Shown in pieces: positions 18,466 to 28,099 of a stretch of DNA of 64,000 bases (position 1 is its first letter; each line of letters starts with the position of its first letter). Origin of the DNA: Methanobacteriota archaeon. GTDB lineage: Archaea > JAADCQ01 > Methanopyri > Methanopyrales > Methanopyraceae. The position numbers were made by a program, and so were the translations under genes. The stretch is taken from assembly GCA_027064425.1 (NCBI GenBank), contig JAMOPO010000015.1, forward strand, positions 224,001 through 288,000. The letters run 5' to 3'. Below the pieces are notes generated by a model that saw nothing but the letters and a program-made list of their open reading frames with translations, did no database searches and was not told the DNA's origin.

Positions 18466-19932
18466 TTGCGGCTCCTCACTGCTCTCTTGATGCTCCCTTT
18501 GCTGCTCGCGCCCGAAGCCTCCTCAGCCGAGGTCCACACCCTGAGGATCGGCCTCGCGGAAGGGCCGGCACAGGTCATCGTCCCGGACCCGGACTTCGGG
18601 CAGGTCGAGTTCGGCCGCGACGTGGACGGGGACGGTCGGCCTGACCACACCTGGTGCGGCGAGGTGGCCGTGCTCACAATGTACAACGTCGCGGTAGCCC
18701 GGGGGATTTGGGAGCCCATCCTCGGGGAGGTCCTCACGCCGGAGGCGCTCGAGGTCGCGGAGGTCGAGTTCTGGAGGGCCACGGGGCTGAAGACTGAGTC
18801 GGAGCGTGACGCGGGCGTGTACCCGTACGCCATCTTTGCCGTGGCCGGCGGGAACGTAGGGGTCATCGTCTGGAGGTCGAAGGGGTCGCCGGACCCGAAG
18901 CGCAGGCTCCACGTGCCCCACGCGGTGGTCGTGCTGGGCGCGACGGAGGACGGGACCGAGTTCGTGGTCAAGGATTGCTCGTTCCTGGACCCCTTCAACC
19001 CGACCAACCCGATCGCCAACTACATGGACTACATGGAGATCAGCCGAGAGTACCTGGTCTGGAAGATGGTGCCAGTCATCAACGCGGCCATCCAGGCCGG
19101 CGCGAGCCTTCCCACCCGGTCGCCGGGCACCATCCTGCCGTGGGCGACCCCGGTCCGGATCACGTGCGACTGGCGCGCGGCGATCGCGTACTTCCCGCTG
19201 CCGAGATCTCCGAACGACCTGCCGCGGGAGCTTGCCTGGCTCCGGGAGGGGCTGCACGAGGTCCGGAGCTACCGTTGGTGCGTGGGCGGTAGGGTCGTCG
19301 AGATCACAGTTTACGGGTACAGCGTGTCGTCCGTGGAGGAGCTTGTGGACGTCGTCCGGAAGCTCGCGCTCGCCGGGGTCCCGGTCGTGTGCAAGATCGA
19401 CCTGCCCTTGGGGGCGCATGGCACCGACGAGACGCCGCCGCCCGAGTTCATGAGGGGGCGCGGCTGGGAGTGCGGGTACGTTGGCATGGAGATCCTGGAG
19501 CGCGTGAGGGGTGAGGAGGGCACCGGCGAAGAGGAGCCCGGCGTGGTCAGCGGGGTGTCCGGAAGCCAAGGAGGGCCGTCCGGGTACGTGGGGGAGCGGG
19601 CGTCGGAAGGTGAGGGCTGGGGTGAGGGCGCGTCGAACGGTGCGGCGGAGCGGGGCGCGACCGTAAGCCAGGGGACCGCGGTCACGCGCGTGGTCTGGAA
19701 TTACTATCACGGTCCGAGTCCAGGGTCGGAGCGGTCCTCGAAGGGCTCGAAGGGCGAGTCGAAGGGGCACGCGGTGAGCGGCGTGGGCGCGCCCGAGCCC
19801 TCATCGGAGCGGAAGTCGCGGAGGCGCGGCGTTCCGGTGCTGCCCGTGGCGGTGGCGGCAGTGATCGCCCTCCTCGCCCGCCGCATCAATAACCCCCGGC
19901 CGGTGTACGGATACGGCCACGTTCCCGGGTGA
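18466..19932 (+). CDS. Secreted C39-like cysteine peptidase, C-terminally anchored
   Basis: Signal peptide; WCGEVAVLTM (Cys), HAVVVLG (His), VVKD (Asp); G/S/E linker; RRRGVPVLPVAVAAVIALLARR tail. Confidence 0.65.
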   Translation: MRLLTALLMLPLLLAPEASSAEVHTLRIGLAEGPAQVIVPDPDFGQVEFGRDVDGDGRPDHTWCGEVAVLTMYNVAVARGIWEPILGEVLTPEALEVAEVEFWRATGLKTESERDAGVYPYAIFAVAGGNVGVIVWRSKGSPDPKRRLHVPHAVVVLGATEDGTEFVVKDCSFLDPFNPTNPIANYMDYMEISREYLVWKMVPVINAAIQAGASLPTRSPGTILPWATPVRITCDWRAAIAYFPLPRSPNDLPRELAWLREGLHEVRSYRWCVGGRVVEITVYGYSVSSVEELVDVVRKLALAGVPVVCKIDLPLGAHGTDETPPPEFMRGRGWECGYVGMEILERVRGEEGTGEEEPGVVSGVSGSQGGPSGYVGERASEGEGWGEGASNGAAERGATVSQGTAVTRVVWNYYHGPSPGSERSSKGSKGESKGHAVSGVGAPEPSSERKSRRRGVPVLPVAVAAVIALLARRINNPRPVYGYGHVPG

Positions 19933-20021
19933 CGAGGCCCGCTTTGCGACCGTCAAGTCCTTCGCCTTCCATCGCTCGAGCTCGAGTCGTGCGCTCGGAA
20001 CCCGGTGCTTGTCCTCGGGGG

Positions 20022-20609
20022 CTAACGGGACAGCAGCCTGCGGAGTACCCGCTCGGTGAACCAGGCTTTCCAGGGTCCGAGCACGGTCCTCGCGAACCTG
20101 GGCGCTCGGTCGAGGAGGTCGCGGAGTTGGGGTAGCCCCGCGGGCTCGAGGTCGAAGGCGAGGGCGAGGGTGCGGGCGATTAGCCGGCGTGGATTCTCCG
20201 ACTTGTGAGCCTCCCGCACGATCCGCTCGAGCGCGGCTCGAAGGTGCCGCACCGCGAGTCGAGCAAGGTCGAGCACGGTCCTCCTCGACTGCTCGGCGAG
20301 CCACTCCACGAACTCCACGCTCGGGCCCGACTTGCCCAGGTAGATCAAGCGCGGGCGCCGGCGCCCCGGAGTCCGCTTGAAGTACGCCACGAAGTACGGT
20401 CCGTACGTCTTCCCGCCGATCTTGCGATACGTCTCTCGCAGCTCGGGCTTGACCTGTCGGCGGTACGCTTCACGCAGCACGCGCAGGCACCGAATCCGCT
20501 CCACGGGATCCGCCGGCAGCGGAGCCCCCCACCAGGACACGCCCGCCACCCCGAGCCAGCACTCGCCCCCCTTGTAACCGGGCGCAGGTAAAAACGTTCC
20601 GATGCCCAC
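20022..20609 (-). CDS. DUF1678-like Methanopyrus-family basic protein
   Basis: KIGGKTYGPYFVAYF...LIYLGK motif; start uncertain. Confidence 0.6.
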   Translation of the reverse strand: MGIGTFLPAPGYKGGECWLGVAGVSWWGAPLPADPVERIRCLRVLREAYRRQVKPELRETYRKIGGKTYGPYFVAYFKRTPGRRRPRLIYLGKSGPSVEFVEWLAEQSRRTVLDLARLAVRHLRAALERIVREAHKSENPRRLIARTLALAFDLEPAGLPQLRDLLDRAPRFARTVLGPWKAWFTERVLRRLLSR

Positions 20610-21059
20610 CGACCCGCCTCGGAAGCCTTCAAGCGGGCGACTGGCGGCTCACCTTCGAGGTTACAAATCCTCTGGAACCGGCCCTAACCCTGGGGAGGAT
20701 AGCCAACCAGCGCTGAGTGGCCCGTCCCCGGGCCAACGATATTTCGAAACGAAACTTGGATGTGAAGTTTGGAGGCTTCAGATGCACCACCGAGGCGTGC
20801 GCTTTTCCCTGAGTGCCTGGAGCCTCGTTACCACATGGAACGGCCGCACTTCGACGGAGCTTCGCGTCGGGATCGCATCACCCAGGTGGCTGGAAGACCG
20901 CAGTGTCCAGGTCGAACGCGCGCCGCTGGGCGCTCGGAGCCCTCGATTACAATCCCCCTAGCGTCGGTCGGGTCCGGCGCGGTCGCGAGCGCGACACCCG
21001 GGTGAGCGCTGAGAGCCGACGATGATCCGGGGACGACGGTCAACTGGGGGCGGCAGACC

Positions 21060-22187
21060 GTGCTTCTTCGGGACTGGGACTGGAGGGAGGTGGCGGTGAA
21101 AATCGCGCGGGCCGCGCGCGAGGTCCTGGGCGAGGACGCCCGGGTTTACGTCTTCGGCAGCGCGGTTAAGGGCGAGACAACGGCGGCCTCTGACCTGGAC
21201 GTGGCCGTGGTCGTCGAGGACGAGGGCTGCGTTGACCCCGGGAAGGCGGCCGCCGAGATCCTGAACCGGGCGGGCGTGGACCCGTTCGCCCCCGTGCACC
21301 TCCACGTGGTGACCCGGGAGGCGTTCGAGCGCGATCCGCCCGACGCGTACGTCGAGGTGAGGCCGGATGGCACCCTCCGCGAGCACGGCGAGCCCGAGAC
21401 GCCGGGACGCTCGGCGTCCGTGGTCAGGGCCTTATGGAGGTCCGGGCTCGCGCTGCTTGAGGCCGCCGAGGGACTCCCGCCGCTTGCCGGCCTCGCCGCC
21501 GCCCGCGAGGGGATGAGACTCTGCCTCAGGGCGGCGAGCCTCGCGCTGGCTGGGTCACCGTCCAAGGATCCGAAGGACCTGCCGGGGAGCGCCGCCCGAG
21601 GGGCCAAGGAGGTTCTGAGGAGGCTGGAGCGGCGCCTGAAGGTCGCCCGAGAGGGTGAGGAGCCGAGCCTGGAGGAGCTCTCGGAGCACCTCGATGAGTG
21701 TCTGAAGGCCGTGAGGGCGCTCGCCCGGAACCTCCCCGTCGAGCTACCCGCGGGAGGTGAAGAGATGAGCGTAGACGTCGAAGAAATGGTGAGGATGGCT
21801 AAGTGGAAGCTCTCGGAGGCCAAACGCGCACTGCGGGAGGGTCTCGGATCGCTCGCGGTCGCCGAGGCCCACCAGGCCCTCGAGCTCCTGATCAAGGCCA
21901 CGCTCCGGGAGCTGGACGTCAAGCCGCCGAGGACCCACGATCTCAGGCAGCTCCTGGGCGTGCTTGCGATGAAGCTGCTGGACATGGAAGAAGGAGACCT
22001 GGCGGTTGAGGTCCGGCGGATCGCCAGGGAGCACCGCGACGCGCTGGCTTCGCTCCTGGAGGGATACTTCTCCCGGTTCGAGCCTCCCTTCGAGGGAGAC
22101 GCGGAGGAGGTCGTGAAGAAGGCCGAGGAGGTGTTCGAGGACCTCCGTCGCGTTCTGGACGAAGTCCGCGCTGCGGTCGAGGAGTGA
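21060..22187 (+). CDS. MNT nucleotidyltransferase fused to two HEPN-like domains
   Basis: VYVFGSAVKG...SDLDV; degenerate middle HEPN; C-terminal AHQALELLIKA...PRTHDL. Confidence 0.8.
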   Translation: MLLRDWDWREVAVKIARAAREVLGEDARVYVFGSAVKGETTAASDLDVAVVVEDEGCVDPGKAAAEILNRAGVDPFAPVHLHVVTREAFERDPPDAYVEVRPDGTLREHGEPETPGRSASVVRALWRSGLALLEAAEGLPPLAGLAAAREGMRLCLRAASLALAGSPSKDPKDLPGSAARGAKEVLRRLERRLKVAREGEEPSLEELSEHLDECLKAVRALARNLPVELPAGGEEMSVDVEEMVRMAKWKLSEAKRALREGLGSLAVAEAHQALELLIKATLRELDVKPPRTHDLRQLLGVLAMKLLDMEEGDLAVEVRRIAREHRDALASLLEGYFSRFEPPFEGDAEEVVKKAEEVFEDLRRVLDEVRAAVEE

Positions 22188-22472
22188 CGTCCAGCTCACC
22201 GTCACCGCGTGGGCACCGGAGTTCTCCGGGGTGTGAGTTTCAGTACCGCGGGCCGCGTTGGGAAGCCGAGCCCGCGGTCCCGAGAAGCGGTTATCGCAGG
22301 CCGTCGACACACTCTCCAAGGTCGGCCATACGTGGGAGGAAGCGGGCGGGGGGTGAGGGACTACCGGCAGGCCCGGGTCACGATCGCGGGGGCTGAGCCA
22401 CGCGAGCGACCGAGAGAGCCCGTGGTGGGGTGGGTGGTTCCGGAGGGTCACCGTTCCCATGGGCGGGTCGAG

Positions 22473-22874
22473 TCACCCCGGTCCATGGTCTTCCTCCAAC
22501 CGCTCGAGCAGCTCAAAGAGCTCCTTGACGGTCTCGACGGCCCACTCTGCGGTTTCTTTAGAGGGTTTCCAGGCACCGTATCGGCACTCGGTGTAGGCCA
22601 CGGCCAGCACGTCGAGCGCCTTCGCGTGCTCGCGGATGAACTCGTCGATGCGCTCGTCCCCGGTAACGTCCCGGAGAACTCCGAGGAGTTCCCGCAAATC
22701 GTGCCCTCGCGCGTGCTCTCCTGTGAGCAGGATCTGGGCGGCCTTGATTCTGAGCTGCGCGGCCTGCTCCGCCATGACCAGCGCCAGGTCGGTGTCACCC
22801 CGCTCCAGGAGCCACCGCGAGGCCTCCAGCGACCCCTCCGCGCGCTCCAAAAGTCTCTTCCTCAGCCTCCTCAT
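22473..22874 (-). CDS. HEPN domain protein (COG2250 type)
   Basis: AEQAAQLRIKA, GHDLRELL, AYTECRYG. Confidence 0.85.
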   Translation of the reverse strand: MRRLRKRLLERAEGSLEASRWLLERGDTDLALVMAEQAAQLRIKAAQILLTGEHARGHDLRELLGVLRDVTGDERIDEFIREHAKALDVLAVAYTECRYGAWKPSKETAEWAVETVKELFELLERLEEDHGPG

Positions 22875-22896
22875 CGTGGGCTCCCGGGCACCGGGG

Positions 22897-23262
22897 ATGC
22901 GTCGGAATCTATTGATTCGCCGGGCCCGGATCAACCGCCGGAACTATCGGGAGTTCGTGTCGCGGTGGCGCGAGTGGGGCGAGCGGGTCGCGGAGGTTGC
23001 CCGGCGCCTTCTCGGCGAGGAGACCCGAGTGTTCGTGTTCGGGAGTGCGGTCAAGGGGGAGGCGCTGCCCGGGAGCGACCTGGACGTGCTGATCGTGTCC
23101 GAAGAGGTCCCAAGGGACCTGGAGGATCGGGTAGACCTGATCCGCGAGCTGGAGCGAGAACTCGACCTGCCGGATCATCACCCGATTGAGTTCCACCTCG
23201 CCACCCCGGAGGAGTATGAGGAAGTCTGGCGGATGCTCCTCGACGAGTACGAGGAGTTCTGA
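22897..23262 (+). CDS. Minimal nucleotidyltransferase (MNT)
   Basis: VFVFGSAVKG...SDLDVLIV, IEFHLATPEEY; ATG at 22897. Confidence 0.85.
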   Translation: MRRNLLIRRARINRRNYREFVSRWREWGERVAEVARRLLGEETRVFVFGSAVKGEALPGSDLDVLIVSEEVPRDLEDRVDLIRELERELDLPDHHPIEFHLATPEEYEEVWRMLLDEYEEF

Positions 23263-23303
23263 TCGACTGCGGCCGGTGGAGATCGGGAGGTGGGGTGTTC
23301 AGG

Positions 23304-24103
23304 TCAGGCCGGGGCGCGCCAGGTGGAACCTCGCCTCACCGGATCGCCGGCGCCACCGGGGCGGGCACCCCGCGGTGGCCCCGCCCCTCCATGCGGAGCA
23401 CCGTCGGGGTCTGCGCCCTTCCGAGCGCCCTCCTCGTGCTCCACGATCAGGGTGTAAAAACCGGGCCGTCTCGGCGCCCGAAACTCAACGCCACGCACCC
23501 TCTCGAGCCCGTAGTTTTCGGGCAGCCTCACCTCACCCAGCTATCCCGTCAACCCCCGATTGTTCTCCAGCCTGAACCTCAGGACGCCCTCCGACGGGTG
23601 GCCCATGGACCGGTGGTCCAGCGTCGCCAGGTACGGCTGGGCGTACACGACGGTCGTGCCTAGGGATCACCTCGGAGTCCAACTGGACCCACTCCCGCCC
23701 CTCGTCCGGGGAGCTCCCACGTGACTCCCGAGCGGCACACGGGCTTGACCCGCTCCCACCTCGCGTTGGGCACGTTGGCGCCCGTGATCGAAGGGTAAAA
23801 TCGGGACTCGAGCACCTCCGAACCTTCCGGCAGGAGCACGTGCAGCGTCACCGACCTCCCGGGCTCCTTAGCCCGGATGTACGCCCGGTGCTCCGCGATC
23901 ACGTAATCGAGGATCCCCTCTGTGCCGCCGCGTCCCGTGGTTACCGTCTTCTCACGGACGTCCTTGATTACCAGCCAGCTCCGCACTCCCACGCCCAGGA
24001 GCGCTCCCGGGCCCGCCCGGGAGTCGCCGTGGGCGGGTGCCGGCAGGATCAGGGCAATGACCGGGACGATCGCAACCGGGAGCGCTCGCCCACGGTCCGG
24101 CAC
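23304..24103 (-). pseudogene. Frameshifted secreted protein, paralogue of the first domain of 7209-9392
   Basis: Signal peptide; LHVLLPEGSEVL vs VRVLLPLNSEVL; broken tail GVPAPVAPA / PVRRG. Confidence 0.55.
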
Positions 24104-24279
24104 TCCGTCCGCTGCGCCCAGCCTGCCCGGCCCGACCGCGCGGCCTTCGCTCTGGGGCGCCGAGAGCTTGGCCCGTAGAGGACCCCCTTATCCGGTCGCC
24201 CGGGGTCGAAGCGCTCCCTACCCGGTGCTCGGACCTTCCATCGGGTCAGCACCCAGGTCCCGCGGCGGAGGCTCCTCGG

Positions 24280-25575
24280 ATGGGTAAACCGTCCAGCCGT
24301 CGACACGGCGCGCCGGGGAGCCCGGAAATGAGCGTTGAGGTATCGGTGGCCAGGGAGCTGCTGCGGCTGCTTCGCGGTGCGGAGAGAGAGCTGACGGTCG
24401 TGAGTCCGTGGGTCACCGTCACTCCGAAGGAGCTGTGGGAGTGGCTCCGGGACTATGCCGGCGACCTCCGGCGGTCGGTGGATAGCGAGGACTGGGAGGA
24501 GCTCTTCCGCGCCGAGCGGTCCTACCTGATCTTCGACTACGACGCGACCCGGGAGCACCTGCCTGAGCGGGAGCTTGAGCGGGTCGTGGTTGAGTGGGCG
24601 CGACTGGGGTTCCACGTCCTCGACGTCAGTAGGAGAAAGGACCGTCGCGAGGGGGGAGAGGAGCGCCTCGGGACGCACCTAAAGGTGTACCTCGGCGACG
24701 ACGAAGTCCTCGTCGGGAGCATGAACTTGACGCAACGAGCCCTGGACCGGGCTAGGGATGGTGACGAGATCCTCGTCGGGGTAAGGAAGAGAGACGTCGG
24801 ACGCATCCGAGAATACGTGGTAAAGAGGATTAGGGACCGCGGCAGGACGGTGGCCGTGGGTAACCCAAGGCTGCCGGACGGTCGCTTCAAGGTCTTCCTC
24901 GTGGACAGGGACGAGCGGAACGATGGGGTCGTGCTGAGGGCGGTTAAGCCGAAGGAGCGGAAAAAGTGCTACCGGATACCGATCAGGGAGGGGAGCAAGG
25001 AGGCTGCGGGCTTTGTGCTCGACGGTCGGCTCTACAGGGTCGAAGGGAGGCGGGACTGGGACGTGGTTGATATCGTCGACTGCACCACCGAGGTCAGAGG
25101 GGCGGACGAGCGGGAGGTGGAGGAGGTTCTCAGCCCCTTCGCGTGCATGAGATTGCACGAGTTGGACCCGGAGCAGCTGCGCCTCGTGGAGACCGAGCGA
25201 CGCGAGCTGAGCGCTGCCGGAAGCGTTAGGAGGTACCTGGACGGGTTCGAGAAGGAGTTCGGCGAGATCCGCCGGGTCAAGCGACTGTGGGGGGTCACGC
25301 CGTTCGTCGCGTGGGAGCTTCCCTGGAAAAGAGGACTCCCGTACAGCCCGCCCCGGCGGTGGCGGCGGCTCGTCTACGTGAAGGCTCGACAGGGGAAGGG
25401 TGGGAGGCTGAAGCTGGAGTACGTGGGATGGGCCGGAAGCGGGGAGCGCATCCGTGACCTGCTCCGAGAGGTTCGAGACGCGGCCCTCTCCAAGCCCGGC
25501 GTCACCGTCGACCTGGGGATCGTGGAGACGGACGAGGAGTTGGTGCCGCTGCTGGCCGTGGTTAAGCGGTCGTGA
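24280..25575 (+). CDS. Phospholipase D-family nuclease (single HKD)
   Basis: ELTVVSPWV, HLKVYLGD...GSMNLT, downstream E; true start may be ATG 24328. Confidence 0.75.
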   Translation: MGKPSSRRHGAPGSPEMSVEVSVARELLRLLRGAERELTVVSPWVTVTPKELWEWLRDYAGDLRRSVDSEDWEELFRAERSYLIFDYDATREHLPERELERVVVEWARLGFHVLDVSRRKDRREGGEERLGTHLKVYLGDDEVLVGSMNLTQRALDRARDGDEILVGVRKRDVGRIREYVVKRIRDRGRTVAVGNPRLPDGRFKVFLVDRDERNDGVVLRAVKPKERKKCYRIPIREGSKEAAGFVLDGRLYRVEGRRDWDVVDIVDCTTEVRGADEREVEEVLSPFACMRLHELDPEQLRLVETERRELSAAGSVRRYLDGFEKEFGEIRRVKRLWGVTPFVAWELPWKRGLPYSPPRRWRRLVYVKARQGKGGRLKLEYVGWAGSGERIRDLLREVRDAALSKPGVTVDLGIVETDEELVPLLAVVKRS

Positions 25576-25894
25576 CGGGCCGACGCCGCGGAACGGCTCC
25601 AGGCGCTAACCCGGCCCGTCTGTACGTGTCGGCAAGGATTTCTTCCGGTTTTCTACGCCGTTGACTGGCCTCCTCGGGGCTCGGGAACTGCCTCATCCGG
25701 CTCGGGCGCCCCTCGCCGTCGCGGGGTTGATATGACGATTCTGAAACGGTCTCCGGTTTTTAGAAGCGGGTTGCTTTGATGAGGAAACGGGCTCGGGTGG
25801 CCGGCCCCGGAGCTGGTCCGGTCGCGCTCGGGCTCCGGGCATGGAAAGACTTACTGGCGGGTGCGGAATCGCCGGTGCCCGGAGGTGACGCGCG

Positions 25895-28099
25895 TTGACG
25901 GGTCACAAAATCGACTCGTGGTTCCCGATCACTCTCGTCTCGGATGAGTGCGAGCGCGAGCGAGGGCTCGGGTCACCGGTTGGGGTGCTCCCAGGGTTCA
26001 GGTCGCCGCTCGCGCTGGCCCGGGCGGTGGTCCTGCTGAGCCTCTCCACGGAGGACGCGGAGCGGGAGGCTCTGCTTCCGGCGCTGCAGCCGGTCATTGG
26101 GGAACCCTGGAGGACCTCGATCGGGGCGCTGGGCGAGGAACCTGAAGAGGTGCGGGTCTTCGGTGATGGGTCGGTCGCGCTCGAGGCGGCGCGGGCGGGG
26201 CGGCGGGTCCGGCTCGTTGCACCCGATCCCGCGATCGCCCGGTTCTTTGAGGAGGTGTTTGGGCGACTGTTGGAGGAGGGCGAGGAGGCGCTGGAGGAGT
26301 TGGCCGGCTTCCTCCGGCAGGTGGGAAGGGTCCTGAGGAGGCGGCTCAGTGACCTCTACGGCGGTGGGGAGCGGGCTTACCTGTGGATCAAGCGGGTGAG
26401 GTGCCCGCAGTGCGGGCTCCTGATACCGCTCATGGAGCACCGGTGGATCGTGAAGGGAAGCTGTGCGTTAAGGGTGGAGGTGCCGGAGGGCGGTGACGAG
26501 GTGGAGTTCGAGGTCGTCGAGCCGGAGGAGGCCGGTCCGGGAACCCTCCGGGCCGGCCGCGTGACCTGCCCGAGGTGTAGGGAATCGTGGGGGCTGGAGA
26601 GGGTCCGGCGGAGTTTCCTGCTCCGGGCCGCCAGGGGAGGCCCCGCCGGAGCGTACCTGGCGGCCGTCGTGGAGGACGGCTCGGTCCGGTCGGCCACGGA
26701 TCCGGACCTTGATCGCGTCGAGCGGGCCCGCGAGCTGGCCCGTGAGCTGGGCAGAAGCCGGCTCCTGCCGTGCGAGGACCCACCGGGGTGGCTCCGGAGG
26801 TGGGGCGTTTGGGACGTCTCCTGGATGTTCAACAGCAGGCAGCTGGCCGCGCTCCTGGAGGCCGTCACCGTGACCCTCAACGTCGGTGAGAGTCTGGAGT
26901 GGTGCAGGGTCTGGGCCGCCGCCGTCCTGACCGAGCTCTCCCTGCGGAACTCCGTGCTGTCCCGCTGGGACCCGGCGGTCGGGGAACCAGGGAGGGCTGA
27001 AGGCTGGGCGTGGGAGTACGGGGAGCTGCCCGTTCCCCGGGCGTGGGAGAAGGTTTCCAGTGAGATCCTAAGGGCCTGTCGGGAGCTGATCGAGGTCGCG
27101 GAGGGTGTCGAGGTGGAGGTCGAGGTGGCCGACGGTGGGTGGGGGGTGGCTCGGGACCTCCCGGACGCGCTGTTCCGGGCCTGGTCGGGGGCCCTGCTGA
27201 ACGCGCCGGTGTGGGGGACGGAGGGACGAGGCGGGAGCTCGATCCTCGGCGGGCTCAGCTGGGGTGGCCGATCCTTCCTCGTGCTCCGGAGTGACCGGGT
27301 GGCGGAGCGATGGATGGAGGTCGTGGGGGAGATCGTGGGCCGGGGGCTCAGGGCCGCGTCGGCGTGGCCGGTGTTCGGCGAGAACGTGCTGGTGGTCCCG
27401 CTGGTCGAGCGCGAGTCGCCCGAGGAGGTTGACTGGGAAGACGTCGTCTCCGAGGTGAGGGACGCCGTGCGAAGGCTTCTGGACGCGGCGCGCGACCTGG
27501 AGGGGCGCGGGTGGGAGTCGGTGGGGGTGGTGCCGTACGCCGCCGCCCTTCCCCCGTGCACGGGGCTGGACGTCGTCAAGCGGGGCGGGGACAGCCTGAG
27601 CATCCGGCAACCCGAGGTCCTCTCAGAGGTGCTCGCGGAGGGCTGGCGAGAGCTGGTGACGGCGGTCCTGGAGCTCCTCAACGTGGGCGTGTCGGACCCG
27701 AGGGCGCGGTTCTACGCGGTGTACCGGCTGCTTTGGGGGTACCGCGAGTCCTGCGATCCGCCGAGCCGGAGGAGGCTCGAGCCGCTGCTGAGGGCGCTGA
27801 AGCTGGACCCGGACGAGCTGCCGTACCTGAGCGCGGACGGCAGGCTGGAGTCCTACCGCGAAAGGCGCGAGCTGCGGCCCCGAGAAGACCCCGTCAACGC
27901 GTTCCACGCGGCGCTGTTGGCGGTCAGGGAGGGCGCCCCGGAGTCCGCGCTGGAGGGGGTGCCGGAGAACGTTAGGAAGGAGGTCCTCGAGCTGGCCCGA
28001 GCCGTGATCCGGGCGGCCCGCCGCTGCGGCGAAAATCACCCCGAGGTGGAGCTGGCGCGGAGGCTCCTCGGGGTGTCGGTCGGTGTCGCGGGGCGATGA
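25895..28099 (+). CDS. DUF1156 Zn-ribbon adenine DNA methylase homologue, catalytic motifs degenerate
   Basis: IDSWFPI..., RSPLALARAVV, FGDGSVALEA, AYLWIKRVRCPQC, VTCPRC, MFNSRQL, WEYGELP; no DPPY. Confidence 0.7.
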   Translation: MTGHKIDSWFPITLVSDECERERGLGSPVGVLPGFRSPLALARAVVLLSLSTEDAEREALLPALQPVIGEPWRTSIGALGEEPEEVRVFGDGSVALEAARAGRRVRLVAPDPAIARFFEEVFGRLLEEGEEALEELAGFLRQVGRVLRRRLSDLYGGGERAYLWIKRVRCPQCGLLIPLMEHRWIVKGSCALRVEVPEGGDEVEFEVVEPEEAGPGTLRAGRVTCPRCRESWGLERVRRSFLLRAARGGPAGAYLAAVVEDGSVRSATDPDLDRVERARELARELGRSRLLPCEDPPGWLRRWGVWDVSWMFNSRQLAALLEAVTVTLNVGESLEWCRVWAAAVLTELSLRNSVLSRWDPAVGEPGRAEGWAWEYGELPVPRAWEKVSSEILRACRELIEVAEGVEVEVEVADGGWGVARDLPDALFRAWSGALLNAPVWGTEGRGGSSILGGLSWGGRSFLVLRSDRVAERWMEVVGEIVGRGLRAASAWPVFGENVLVVPLVERESPEEVDWEDVVSEVRDAVRRLLDAARDLEGRGWESVGVVPYAAALPPCTGLDVVKRGGDSLSIRQPEVLSEVLAEGWRELVTAVLELLNVGVSDPRARFYAVYRLLWGYRESCDPPSRRRLEPLLRALKLDPDELPYLSADGRLESYRERRELRPREDPVNAFHAALLAVREGAPESALEGVPENVRKEVLELARAVIRAARRCGENHPEVELARRLLGVSVGVAGR

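Noticed and set aside
25674-25722. Degenerate minus-strand C/D-like unit (GCGACGG/CCGA/ATGAGGC/CCGA)
   Set aside because: The C box is too divergent to call without expression data.
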